NCBI RefSeq assembly: GCF_009914755.1
Contig: NC_060929.1
Length of the DNA: 64,000 nt
Strand: one strand, 5' to 3'
From: the human T2T-CHM13v2.0 reference genome, Homo sapiens
Shown here: positions 1 to 12,879 of the stretch, one piece after another
Numbering within the stretch: position 1 is the first letter of the stretch
Layout of the letters: every line of letters starts with the position of its first letter
Notes under the pieces: model-generated
Databases searched by the model: none
Told to the model about the DNA's origin: nothing
The model's input: the letters and a program-made list of their open reading frames with translations, nothing else
Translations under genes and position numbers: made by a program

Positions 1-748
1 AAAGGTATATTAAAATCAGACTCCAGGCAAGAAAATGGTGAATAATATGCAAAACATATGCTGAGCATAGTTAATTATCAATTAAAAAATTTAAGAATGT
101 AAGGTTAGGTTAAATGCTGTAGAGATTTGGCTGAGACAACTGTATCCTTAATATTATTACATATCAACCTCTGATTAGTAAATCAGCTGATGCCTATTCA
201 TCGAGGACCTCCATGCCCAAGAGTTTAATAATTGAACAAGACAATATAGAGTAAAGCAGGCTTATACTCTAGTTAAGAACAAGAGGAATGATAAAATTAA
301 CAAAGTGTTAACATAGATGTATATAAGAATATCACAAATAATCATGTGTTTAGTTTTATAGCATGGATAGAGAATGAGATACCCACTAAATTTAAATTTT
401 CATATGTGGTATTTAATATTTTCTAAATAGCATACACAAAATGCATATCTATATACCTACGAATCAGCTTAAAAATAAAATAAAATAGTACCCATACCTT
501 TGAAGCTTAGTGTATTCTCCTTGATCACATTCCCCTCTTTTACTGAGATTACTGTTATTTTGAAGTTTGCGCTATTAATAGTTTCTCTCTTTTCTATTAT
601 AGCTTTATCATATACACCCCTAGACTTCATTATATGAATATGCTACGAATTATCTATTCTCTTTTCTATGTATATTTGATTTATAGTTTTTCACTATTTT
701 GAATAATGCTGTGATGCACACTCAGTTCACATTTTCAAAATCTTAGAA

Positions 749-1044
749 TTTTTTTTTTTTTGAGACAGGGTCTCACTCTGTCACCCAGGCTGGAGTGCAG
801 AAGTGTGATCATGACTCACTACAGCCTCGACCTCCCATTAGTCAGATGATCCTTCCACCCCAGCCTCTCAAGCAGCTGGGATTACAGGTATGAGCCACCA
901 CATCCAGCTAATTTTTGTATTTTTTGCAGAAATGGGGTTTCATCATGTTGTCCAGGCTGGTCTTGAATTACTGGGCTCAAGCAACCCTCCTACCTCGGCC
1001 TCCCAAAGTGCTGAGATTACAGGCGTAAGCCACCTTGTCCGGCC
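749..1044 (-). mobile_element. Alu, AluJ-like
   Basis: Poly-T then TGAGACAGGGTCTCACTCTG...; ends GCCACCTTGTCCGGCC; J-type GGGCTCAAGCAACCCTCC. Confidence 0.93.
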
Positions 1045-1049
1045 AGGAA

Positions 1050-2440
1050 TCAATTTTCGTTTATGAGAAAGGTCTTTAATTTTTTAGCAAGGATCTAATT
1101 TTGTGTTCAAAGTGGATCCTGCTCATAGAATTAATTGAGATTCTTTCTGTTTTTCCTATTCTATAAAATAATTTGTAGAAGATTGAAATACTTGTTCATT
1201 GCATGTTTAGTAAACTTTCCTACAAAACTATTTGTGGCTTTCTTTGCAGAAAACTATTGAATTACTTATTATTTTTCTTTTTGGTTATAGTACTCTTTAA
1301 GTTCTAGTTCATATTGAATGAGGTAATAAAAATTTGTTTGGAAATCTGTGGAGTTTTTGTGTATTTTTTAAGTATATTGGGATAAATTTTTAGTCATGTT
1401 TATTGTAGTCATGTTATATTAGTCATGTTTAGTAGAGATTATTTAACAATCTCTACTACACCTGTGTTCGTATCATTTTTTTAATTCCTAATATTGTTTG
1501 ATTGTTATATTTTGTTTTATTCTCTTTAATTAGTCTTGCCAAATAATTCTCAATTCTACTACAGAGTCTTTTTACAGGCCAGACTTTTGACTTTGTTCTT
1601 TAATTTTCTCTATTGTGTTTTCCTTTTATATTTTATTAATTTGTCATATTATCTTTATTATTTCCTTATCTCTGCTTTTCTTGGGTTCATTATGTCATTT
1701 TTCTACGAATTCCTTATGTTTGATGCTTAGTTTATTAACTTCAGTCGTATACAAAGAGCTGTGTTAAAATCTATTCTGGTCACGGGCTTGTCAATTTATT
1801 TTTGTGGTTGCCAAATTTTCTTTTGCTTTACATATTTTGAAGCTATGTTTTTAGATGTACACCAATTTGGAGTTATTATATCTTATTGGTAAATTAAAGC
1901 ATATCACATATGTAGTTTTTCTTTATCTCTACTAATTCTTTTGCCCCGAAGTTTATGTTGTCTAAAATTAAATGGTTATACCAGGTTTTCACAGTGAACA
2001 ACTATTTTCTTCAGATATACTTCCTTCATCATTTTACTTTCTATCTTTCAGTGTCATGTTTACAAATACTTCTTAGAAGCAATATATAGTGGGATTTTGT
2101 TTATATCCAGTCTAACTCTTAAATAAGAGTGTGGAATGCTTTAAGTCCCATCATCCTTCCTCTTATGGATTGTTCTTTAGGATTTTTGCACTATCTTGAT
2201 TTTTTCCCCATTTGTAACCTCCTAAACTAGACATTATTATTATTTAATGCCATCAACAGTATTTTATATTTATCTATAGAGTCACCATTTTTTCTAGGTT
2301 GATTTTCTTTCTTCCTAAAGTCCATCTTAAAATTTCCTTTAGTGAGGGTCTGGTACCATGCTTTACTACTCTCTCAATTTTTGTTTATTCCAAAATGTCC
2401 TTCTTTGTACTTGGTATTGAAAGATAATTCAAGAGTTGAG
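1050..2440 (-). mobile_element. Old L1M fragments, antisense (boundaries approximate)
   Basis: T-rich; matches antisense L1M, e.g. CATATTTTGAAGCTATGTTTTTAGATGTACAC near 1830-1860. Confidence 0.7.
1391..1430. repeat. Three tandem copies of TAGTCATGTT (14-15 bp period)
   Basis: Copies at 1391, 1406 and 1420. Confidence 0.85.
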
Positions 2441-2457
2441 ATTGTAGACTTATCTAA

Positions 2458-2788
<331 letters not shown>

Positions 2789-3124
2789 AAAAATATATCC
2801 CTATTTTTTTTTAAAAGAAACTTTGGTTTAAACATATTCCTAATGTTTTTATTTGGAATGAGAGCCACAGCAGACTTCTTGGTTATAAAGGTTCACTTTT
2901 TCCAAGGCTATGCCAATCTTTTTAGTCGAAATGCCAAATGTTGGATATGAATATGCTTTGCAAACTACTGCATGGGCAAGAATGGCTGCCACGTTGTAGA
3001 AACACCTCCTAACAACAAGAGCAAGAACAATATCAAAAACCTTAGACTTTTCGTCTCCCAAACCACATCTTGCCACCTGAGGTTTCCCAGATGATCTTTT
3101 GGCAGTTCCAATTAGTCCCCTTTT

Positions 3125-3700
3125 CTGCTAGCAGAGTTATTTCTCTAAAACGATCATCTGATCACTTCTCCCCCTTGCTTAATATTCTTTAATGATTCCC
3201 TTTATTGATTATGATTAAATGTAAGCCTCTTTGCCTTAAACACAAGTCTCCTCCTGATAAGCTTCCTGTTGACCGTATCTTGCCATTTCCTTCCCCTTCC
3301 CCACATGCAGTACTTAGAAATTTCTTATGTGCCTCTTAGACTTTGCAAACTATTTTTTGTGTATGTGTGTGTGTAATGCTCCTCTGATCCCTGCTGCCCT
3401 TACCCTTAGCCTTACCCTCATGCTCCACTCCTTCCCCTTTGTTTTTCTCTCTGTGTCTCCATATTTTGTGACTGTCCTGTGAAAAACAGTCTGTGTATCT
3501 TCAGTCTGGGCTGGGTAGTTCTCTGAATTCTCTCAGCATAGCCAGCACTCATTGTGCCTTATTAAAATCATTCATTATTTGACTGATTCTCTTTACTATT
3601 CTCTGATTATTAGATTAGGAGCTAATTGAAAGCAGAGGCAGTACTTTGTTCATCTGTTTCTATACTGCCCAGCATAGTGACAACATGAAGCAGGTGAATT
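3125..3700 (+). mobile_element. L2 3' region, degraded
   Basis: CTGATCACTTCTCCCCCTTGCTTAA motif and L2-like 3' end (GCCCAGCATAGTG) near 3670. Confidence 0.55.
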
Positions 3701-6700
3701 AAAAAAAATTCTGGCTTAGTTATTAGGCTTTAAGTAAATGGCTCATTAAATTGAGAAAACAACCTTTAAATGCACCTACTGCAGAACTTCTACTGTTCTG
3801 AGAACAGTATTTCATGGCTTAGCTAAATAGGAGTAACAAATTATTAGCTAATCTGAGTGTCAACAGAAGCGCAATCTTCTTAACTTCCCTTTTCTATTTA
3901 TCTTCAATTAGGGAAGCTTATACAAAGTTAAATAGCTGATCTATGTCAAAACCCTTTCATAGTAACCATGGTGGAGTTTGAAATAATTTACTTATATGTA
4001 AAATTCTGGAATTTTGGTGCTTGGTAACAAATTAAGATGGGAGAGTACAGATTATTCTTTGTTCTGACTCTTCTCTTAATTATTACAATCTTTATTCTAT
4101 TGCTTCCTAGTCTAGGAAAGCTGATATAAAAAAGCAAATGAAAACCAAAACCTTGTTTAATTGAACACAGTATGTACATTTTCACCTCTGGCTAACGTAT
4201 TTATAGACATTTTATAAAATTTACATAACTGATGTTCATTATTGATCTTGCAGTTATTCAGTTATGTCTTATCTGGAATTTATAGAGGACAATTCTCATA
4301 AATTCAGTTTGTACAGTGCCTGGCTCAGTACCATCAGAGACGCATAATACATGTTTTTTATAATGATGTTAAAATGTTCAGTTGCAAAGGTGGGCTGTGG
4401 TCACATAATCTTTCTATTCCCTGTTCAATGAATAATTCAAGTAGTAGCCTTCACACTTCTCATGAGATTGAGAAGATATATCTATTCCCAAGTCTTGTTT
4501 TCTGTTATTGAGATGTAAGAAGCTACTGCAAATGCAAAGTCTCTGGGGCCTTGTTACAGGGGCCAGCTTCAAGTTTCCTTTGTGAACTCAAAAGGATGTG
4601 CCAGGAGAAACTTCAGAATAGAATCGCTAGTGAAAAACCAGGCACAGTTTTGGGGGCAGTGTTCATATTACGTGGAAAGTATATGTGTATTTAGCAAAAC
4701 AGTGTGTGCTTGGAAGGGAGGGGGTGTTCCTTCACCTTTTTTGTGTTTTATGAACATAAACAAGTAGTAAAATCTCTTTGTGGATATTATTTGAAAATAC
4801 ATACTCTTGCATGTGAATGGCAGATTTTAAAATTATGTGCTTTACGTATGATTATAATGTGACACTGCACATTAATTTGATACTTGTAATTACGATATCA
4901 TGTAAGAATCCCCAAAAATATCTGTGTGTTTATGCGTGGGGAGGAAACAAAGAGAAAATGTAAACTGAAATGTAAAGCTACAAATGACTATCCAAATGAT
5001 CTTGTAACAAACACCCATTGGATAAAAGCAAAGTAAGGCATTCATTAGCTCTTAGACCATGATCATTAAAATGTAATGCCTTTTAGTTCAAAAGAAGATT
5101 ATGGAGGAGGTAAGCTACATAAGCTACATTTAGTTTTAAAGGAAAATGTTCTGTCTTGAATGAAAACATTCTCATCTGTACAGTAGCTGAGACTTTACAT
5201 TTTATTTCAAGTATGTAAAAATAAATATGGCAAAACCATTTATTCTGTTTCCCAAAGATATTAAGTGCTTCATGAAAGCAAAGAGCATTAAACTCTAACA
5301 ATGAATTTCCTGTAATTATGGACACACAACTTACTAAGTTTTTTCTTTCTAGGTTCTGATTTAATGAAACCAACCATTTGCTACACTACTAACTTTCCTA
5401 TTTCAAGCAGTGCCTCGAAAGAAAGTCCTAGGTGTATACTCTCAAAAATATTGCTTCATTTACAATTTTGAATAATACTTTCATAAGAATTTTGATAACA
5501 AAGACAGCCCAAACAGGAAAAACAATAGAAAAGTTTATGATGTATAAAATGAATTCTTCAAAAGAATTTTGTTTCAAAATGCCAAGGGTTATAAGTCAAA
5601 TATATGCAGTGCACATTACTATTTATTACCTTGCATTGGCTGAAATTCATCTCTTCTGACAACTCTGGGTAAAGCATGTTACGTATTTCATAAAATATGA
5701 GCATTGGTCCTTTTCTGAAGATTCCACTTACTGTGTGAACTCACTGCCATTGGCTGCATCCCAGTTGCTGTAAGCTCCCTTAAGACCACTACTTCTGCAG
5801 AGTCCTATGGCAGTTGAATCAGAGGAGAAAAGGTATTTATAGAAAACATATGCAAAAGGTTGATAGCTTGTCCAGTTTTTAGTGCACAGACTGACAGCTA
5901 AATACAAATTGAGAAATGTAAGTTTCACTTCGAGCAAATTTACTGGGTGAAAACCTCATTTTTTTCATTTCATTTGAATATGTTCATTGCTTCTCAGAAT
6001 ATGCAACTTTATAGTGAGCATATTTTTTATTCTTGAAGGCTCATTATTTTACAGTGAGGTTACTGAACCTAGACCACATAGTACTGATTACCCAGCATAA
6101 TATTAATCAAAATATACAAGGCAAATGGGATTCCAAACAGTGCCAAATAGGCATCTGCTTTTAACACAGAATAAAAAAGTACATTTAGCACCTTTATTAA
6201 AAGGTATTATGGACAATTTATTTTTAAGCCATGTCTCTAACACTATTAACTAGCATATAATTTAATGTACTCCCAAGCAACTTGACTTTTACTGTTTCCT
6301 TCAAAACATTAACTTGTAAAAGCAAGTTAATGTAAAAGACGCCTTTGACCCTGAGAAAAGATTTGAATCATTAAAAATAAATTAAGTGATCTTTTAGACA
6401 CATGTAACAGTTACTTTGGGGCTTGCAAAATAGCATATTTTCTGTTGCCATGTATGACATGATATTTCATTAGGAAAAATAAAGCTAGTGCTACTTCTAC
6501 TGGAACAATTTATAGCCTCTGAATGAATCAAATCCGTTTTGGAAGTTTTGCCTAAATTTGAACAGAGTTGCCCGATGCCTAAATATTCCTCAATAAACAA
6601 ATTAGAGGAGTTCCGCCAAGTTTTTATAAGGGAGAAATACATTCTATGTCCATTTAGGAAGTTTTGGATTGGTTAGTGGGCACTGGGTTTCATACATCTT

Positions 6701-7653
6701 TATAGTGTTAACTTTATAGAGGAAAGGAAACCAATTCACTGCTATTGAAATGTAGCAGTCACTTTTATACTAAATAGGCAATGGAGATAACAATAGGAAA
6801 ATAAAAATTTTTCTAGGTTAAGAAGTATAAGATAAACTGAAAATTGTGACATGTTTATGTGGGTGAAATTTTTGAGTGTTAAGTGGCAAATAAAACTTAA
6901 ATTATGAAAGTAATACAAGGATGAATACTCCCTTTAAGGAAGTGAAAATATTCAAGAATAATAATATTACATGAAAAACAGCAACAAAAGCAAAAACAAA
7001 ATCTCAGGGTCACCTGGATCGCCCGCAATAAAATTCCACTGCCTTACTGCAGGTAACTGCCATTAACGATTTGGATAGTATCCTTCAAGGTCTTTTCCTA
7101 TATATTTACACAATGATATATTTATATCTTGGATGCATGTGTATGCATGTGTACATAAAAGAAGTACACATTGCATATGTATATATTATAAATAGTCCAC
7201 AGCCAGTTTATTTTTCACTTGATAATAAAATGAACATCAATACTTTGCTGTATACACCTTTTAGTTTTCTTATTTTTTATGGTATTTTTGAGTAGGAATG
7301 TGCCTAAATAATTTAAACCATTCCCTACTGATAGATATTTGGATTATTTTTACTTTTTTTGTTTACAAAAAAATCTAAAGAAATCCTTATACTATCTGCG
7401 AGATGAATTTCTAAGTAACTGATTGGTTTTAATAAATATTGTAAAATGATCTGTGACAAATTTGTATTAGTGTCCTCTCTCAACAGTTGATAAGACTTGA
7501 TAAGACTTTCTTCATATTTTTATATTTTAAATTACCGATCTTTAATTTTTATTAATCTACTAGTAAAATATATCATGATATTTACATGCATTTCCATTAT
7601 TACAGGTGAGGTTGAGCAATTTTACATGTTTATTATACATATGTACACACACA

Positions 7654-8013
7654 CAGAATCCATTCTTATTTTCTCTGTTATCTATATTCTATAAAATTGT
7701 TGCAAATTCTGAATTAGCAAATACTGAATCATTGATCCTCGGGAAAGTATATACATACTTATGTATCTATATTTATAGATACATAATCTTACATATATTA
7801 TAATTTTAAATCCTAAAAAACAACTCATCCTAGTAGATTCTTCTTTTTGTTTATTTTTTATTTTGCAAGAGAGAAAATGTTCAGGAATGTTAAATGGCTT
7901 GCCTGAGGGTACCCCACTACCAGGTGCCAGAGTTTTGATTTGAGGGTTCCAAATAAATTTTAGGGAATAGGTGAATTCTCAAATATGAAATCATAAATAA
8001 TAAAGATCAACTG
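7654..8013. mobile_element. Tigger-family MITE, MER82-like termini
   Basis: Left end ...CTGAATTAGCAAATACTGAATCATTG; right end reverse complement CAGTTGATCTTTATTATTT...GAATTCACCTATTCCCTAAAATTTATTTG; TA at 8014-8015. Confidence 0.7.
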
Positions 8014-8727
8014 TACACACACAATATACATATAATGTACGTACATACATATCCATTTGAATTGTCTCTTAAAATATCTTATGGACGTATTTATTTTCTT
8101 TTGTAGAATCCATTTCTAGATTATGTCCATTACCCCTTCTTTATTCCATATTTTCCAAACATTTTGTCCCAGTCTGGACCTCCTGTTTTAAGTCTGTTAA
8201 TAGTATATTTAACCATTCAGGAGAATTACATTTCTATGTAGTCAAATATGCCGATTTTTTCTATGTCTTTTGGTTTTGTGTTTTATTTAGAAAGGACTTC
8301 TTCACCAACTGATAAAACATAGTTCTCTTTTCAACTTTCAGCACTTTAATCCACCTTGAATTAATTTTTGGTTTATATTATGATGTTGCCTTTTTTATTC
8401 ATCTTTTTTTCCAAGATGAAACTCAACTGTCTCAAAGTTATTGCTTGAATCATCTGTCATTTCCCTGATTTCAAATGCTCCCTTTATTTCTAAATGCGCA
8501 TACTTTGTTTCTGAGCTCTTTATTCTTTTTCATTGATCTATGTGTCTATACCAAATCAAGAGACATCTTGTTTTAATGGTTTAATTTTACAACACATGAT
8601 TGGAAACAAACCCTCTTTTTATGGCCCTTTTTTTTCAGAATTGTCATGGTAATTCTTTAACGTTTTTCTAGATGCAATTTAATATTAGCTTTTAAAATTC
8701 CATAGAAGGTTTTCTTGTATTTGATTC

Positions 8728-9353
8728 TATATTACTTACCTACTGCTACGTAACAAATTACTCCAAAATTTAGTAACTTAAAACAACTACACTATTAACT
8801 TCATCAAATAGAAAAAATGTTATCTCAGAGTTTCTGTGAGTCAGGAGTCAGCCCCAAGATAGTTTTCCTGGGTGCCTCTGCCTCAAGGTCTTTCATAAGG
8901 CTGCAATCAAGGTGTCAGCTGGGACTGCAGTCATCTCAAGGTTTGAGTGGGGTAGGATTTGATTCCATGCTCACTCTTGTGGGTGTCAAGATACAGGTCC
9001 TCATGGACTATGGGACCAAGGGCCTTATTTTATCTCTGAATGTTAACCAAAGGCTGCTCTCAGTTTCTTGCTGCCTTTGCTCTTTAATAAACCAGAATAT
9101 AACATGGTCACTGGACCTCCCTCAGAACCAGCCACAGAATGAAAAAGAGGGAGTGAGACAACCAGAATTTTTTTTGTAATCTAAAGTCAGAAGAAACAAC
9201 ACATCACTTGTGCCATATTTCATTCATTAGAAGTGAGTGACTAGGTCCAGTTCACAGTAAAAGCAGTGGGCGGGGTGGGGGGTACTACACAAGGACATAA
9301 AAACCAGGAGGTGGCTGTTGTCAGGGACTATATTAGAGGTTGCCTATACCACA
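8728..9353 (-). mobile_element. MaLR solo LTR, MLT1F-like
   Basis: GTAACAAATTACTCCAAAATTTAGTAACTTAAAACAAC; GGGACTGCAGTCATCTCAAGG; ends TAGAGGTTGCCTATACCACA. Confidence 0.85.
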
Positions 9354-10248
9354 AATGTACAGAATAACTGCTAAACTGGCAGCTTCACAATATTGATTCT
9401 TCTCATAGAAGAATATGGAGGATTTCCTTAATTAAGTAGTTCTTCTTATATATGTTTTATTATTTTGTTACTGTGAATAGAATTTTATGAATTTGTAATT
9501 GGAGTTGATATCACTTTTATAAAAAGTTTCTCTCTCTCTCTGTATATGTGCATATGTATTTATTTTACCTTTTGACTTTTCTCTGTTAGCATATTTTGTC
9601 TCTAAACAACAATGGCTTTAATTTATGCCTTTTGTGTATTGATACTTCTTACTTATTTTTCTTATTTTATTGAATTGGTTAATACAATCAAAATGAAGCT
9701 GTATAGCAGTAGTGGCAGCAAGCAGCTTGTGTTACCATTGTCGTTAGTGGAAATGTTTAATGTTTTTCCATTAGCATAATAATTGTTCTCTGTGTCTAGT
9801 AGATATCTTTATAGTGTTCTTCTATTCCTATATTTTAGGTATTTTTTCAAATTAGAAATTTGTTTTGAATTTCATCACTGATGTTCTTTCATTATCAAAT
9901 TATAATGCTTTTCATCTTGTATTCTGATAATAAATTGCATTAGATTTTCCAATGTTGAAACTATCTTTTCATCTCTAAATTGTACAGATTATTACACTGT
10001 TGAATTCAGTGAGTTGGTATTTTATTTAGGAGTTTTGTATACACATTCAAATGCAAGACTGGTTTGTGTCTTCTGTTTTACTTTATCATAAGATTTTAAT
10101 ATGGCTTATGATACTCTGATACAATGCTTTAGACTACCATTTTAGCAATAATTATATAGTTTATAGAGTAGAGGAATTAGTGTGATATTGTGCAATGATT
10201 TGCCTGCAGAATCATGTGAAATTAACAAGAAGCAGCAAAGTGAAATTC

Positions 10249-11640
10249 TTTTTTTAAAACTTTTATTTTAGGCTCAGGGATATCTTTGCAGGTTTGCTAT
10301 ATAGGTAAATTGTGTGTCACTAGCATTTGGTGCAGAGATTATTTCATCACACAGATAATAAGCATGGTACCTGATAGGTAGTTTTTCTATCCTTACCCTC
10401 CACCCACCCTCCACTCTCAGGTAAGACCCAGTGTCTGTTGTTTCCTTCCTTGTGTCCGTGTGTACTCAATGTTTAGCTCCCATTTATGAGTGAGAACATG
10501 TGATATTTGACTTTCTGTTCCTGTGTTAGTTCACTTAGGATAGTAACCTCCAGCTCCACCCATGTTCCTGCAAAGGACATGTTCTTGTTCTTTTTTATGG
10601 TTGTGTAGTATTCCATGGTGTATATGTACCACATTTTATTGATGTAGTCTGCCATTGATTGGCATTTAAGTTGATTCCATGCCTTTACTATTGTGAATAG
10701 TGCTGCAATGAGCATACACGTGCATGTGTCTTTATGGTAGAATAATTTATATTCCTTTGGGTATATACCCAGTAATCGGATTGCTGGTTCCAATGGTAGC
10801 TCTGTTTCAAGTTCTTTGAGAATCACCAAACCGCTTTCCCCAATGGCTGAACTAATTTACATTCCCACCAGCAGTGTATAAGCGTTCTCTTTTCTCCACT
10901 ATCTTGCCAACCTCTGTTATTTTTGACTTTTTAATAATAGCTATTTTGACTGGTGTGAGATGGTAACTCACTGTGCCTTTGATTTGCATTTCTCTAATGA
11001 TTAGTGATGCTGAGCATTTTTTTATATGTTTGTGGGCCATGTGTATGTCTTCTTTTGAAAAGTGTCTGTTCATGATCTTTGTCCACTTTTTAATGGGGCT
11101 GTTTTTAACTTGTTTATTTGTCTAAATTCCTTAGATTCTGGGTATTAAAGCTTGTTGGATGCCCTGTTTACAAATATTTTCTCCTATTCTGTAGTTGTCT
11201 ATTTACTCTGTTAATAGCTTCTTTTGTTGTCCAGAAGCACTTTAGTTGAATTAGATCCCATTTGTCAATTTTTGGTTTTCTTTCCATTGCCTTTTGTGTC
11301 TTCATTATTAAATATTTGCCAGGTCCTATGTCCAGAATGCTATTTCATAGGTTATCTTCCAGAGTTTTTCTACTTTAAGTTTTACATGTAAGTTTTTAAT
11401 CCATCTTGAGTTGTTTTTTGTGTATGGTAAAAGGAAAGGGTCCAATTTCAATCTTCTGCATATAGGTAGCCAGTTACCCCAGCACCATTTATTGAATAGG
11501 GATTCTTTTCCCCACCGCTTTTTTTTGTCAGTTTTGTCAAAGATCATATGGTTGTAGGTGTGTGGCATTATTTCTCTGCTCTCTACTCTGTTCCACTGGT
11601 CTATGTGTCTGTTTTTGTACCAGTACCATGCTGTTTTGGT
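10249..11640 (-). mobile_element. L1PA13-15-like 3' end (3' UTR plus ORF2 C-terminus)
   Basis: ORFs 10473-10829, 10852-11073 and 11326-11643 translate to L1 ORF2p ([17 protein letters not shown]; MWYIYTMEYY); older L1PA-type 3' UTR. Confidence 0.93.
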
Positions 11641-12285
11641 CATTTAATTTTACACAAACACCCTCTTTAAGGCTGAAGCAAATCTGACTGACTTTCAATG
11701 TGAAAATAAAATATAAAAACTGTTCTTGGAGTTATTTCTAAACACAACTAACATCAGAATAATCTATTTCAGAAAAATCAGATTCATCAATTGAATCTTT
11801 GGCCAACAACTGTTTGGGAACGATGTTAACATCACATGTAAGAATGCTACGTTTTTTACATCACACACTGGAGCCTGATGTGGGGTGGGGGAAGGGGGGA
11901 GGGATAGCATTAGGAGATATACCTAATGTTAAATGACGAGTTAATGGGTGCAGCACACCAACATGGCACATGTATACATATGTAAAAAACCTGCACGTTG
12001 TGCACATGTACCCTAAAACTTAAAGTACAATAAAAAAAAGAATGCTATGTTTTTTAGAATTTGACATTTTCAGCAATCGAGAATTACTGTGTTTTTAAAT
12101 GGAAATACCATTACTAAAATCAGAATGCTATAAATAGAAAATGTCTTCTGTTTCCAAGGTAGGTATACTAGGGCAATGAGAGAATAATAGTAAAAGCAAG
12201 ATACTGTATGGCAAAGTTATCTCAGGGTAAGCGCTGCAACCGCAACCGTCACCAGCAAGTATTCTGGGGGTGAATGAGAAAAGGG
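11641..12285 (-). mobile_element. MER75 (piggyBac-derived), one terminus missing, split by an L1
   Basis: GGCTGAAGCAAATCTGACTG, GGCAAAGTTATCTCAGGGTAA; terminus AAAAGGG followed by TTAA at 12286-12289. Confidence 0.9.
11859..12039 (+). mobile_element. L1PA3/4-like extreme 3' fragment (~180 bp) inside MER75
   Basis: GGAGATATACCTAATGTTAAATGACGAGTTAATGGGTGCAGC, short poly-A; 19-bp TSD AAGAATGCTAYGTTTTTTA at 11840-11858 and 12038-12056. Confidence 0.95.
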
Positions 12286-12879
12286 TTAACTTTTCAAAAC
12301 AATTAATTGTTATGTTTATTAGACTATTCAGCTGATAAAGGATTTATAAGTTTTTTTCTTTTAAATATTTGAAAAATATTTTATTTTGACATTTTCAGTT
12401 TTATTATTTCTTTATATTTTGAGCTATCATTGTCATGTAAAGAATACTAATTTGAGAAGGCCTATGTTATGGTTCTCCCAGGTAGCTGGAGATTTAAATT
12501 ATAAAAAACCACTTAAGGGAAGGTGGAAACAGAGCTACATTGTCTGATAAGTGTGTGTGTGTGTGCATGCGTAGTGTTTTGTGTGAGAGAGATGTTGTGA
12601 AGGGAAGGCTTCCAAACTTCCCTGCACATCATATGTACCCATCCAACATTACTTCTCCTCCAGACATATTTCTTTTTGCCTGCTTCTAAAACATATTCAA
12701 AATAATAACAAGGGGGTAAATCAAAAGTAAAGGTAAAATAAATAAGAACTGATATGCTCATATTGAGATAACGTAATGCTGGAATGGTTTGATTTCAAGT
12801 AGTCAATGACTTAACTGAGCATGTTTTAGAATCCTTATGATCTTTGAATAGCCATGCTGTTAGACTTCTCAAACATTAT

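Larger units (their letters stand above)
7040..10215 (-). mobile_element. Old L1M (ORF2/3' region), antisense, interrupted by a MITE and an MLT1 LTR
   Basis: Antisense L1 motifs such as CCATTCCCTACTGATAGATATTTGG and CTTTAATCCACCTTGAATTAATTTTTG. Confidence 0.7.

Noticed and set aside
1391-1430. Repeat-spacer pattern as a CRISPR-like array (also 22741-22764 and 40610-40648)
   Set aside because: Only 2-3 very short units with tiny spacers in eukaryotic DNA; ordinary slippage duplications
2849-3076. 75-aa ORF in unique-looking DNA (possible processed pseudogene)
   Set aside because: No recognisable protein in the frames I translated; no poly-A or TSD
5085-5115. Possible 23-nt microexon (AG...GAG/GTAAGC)
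   Set aside because: Weak pyrimidine tract, not frame-preserving, no partner exons; likely chance
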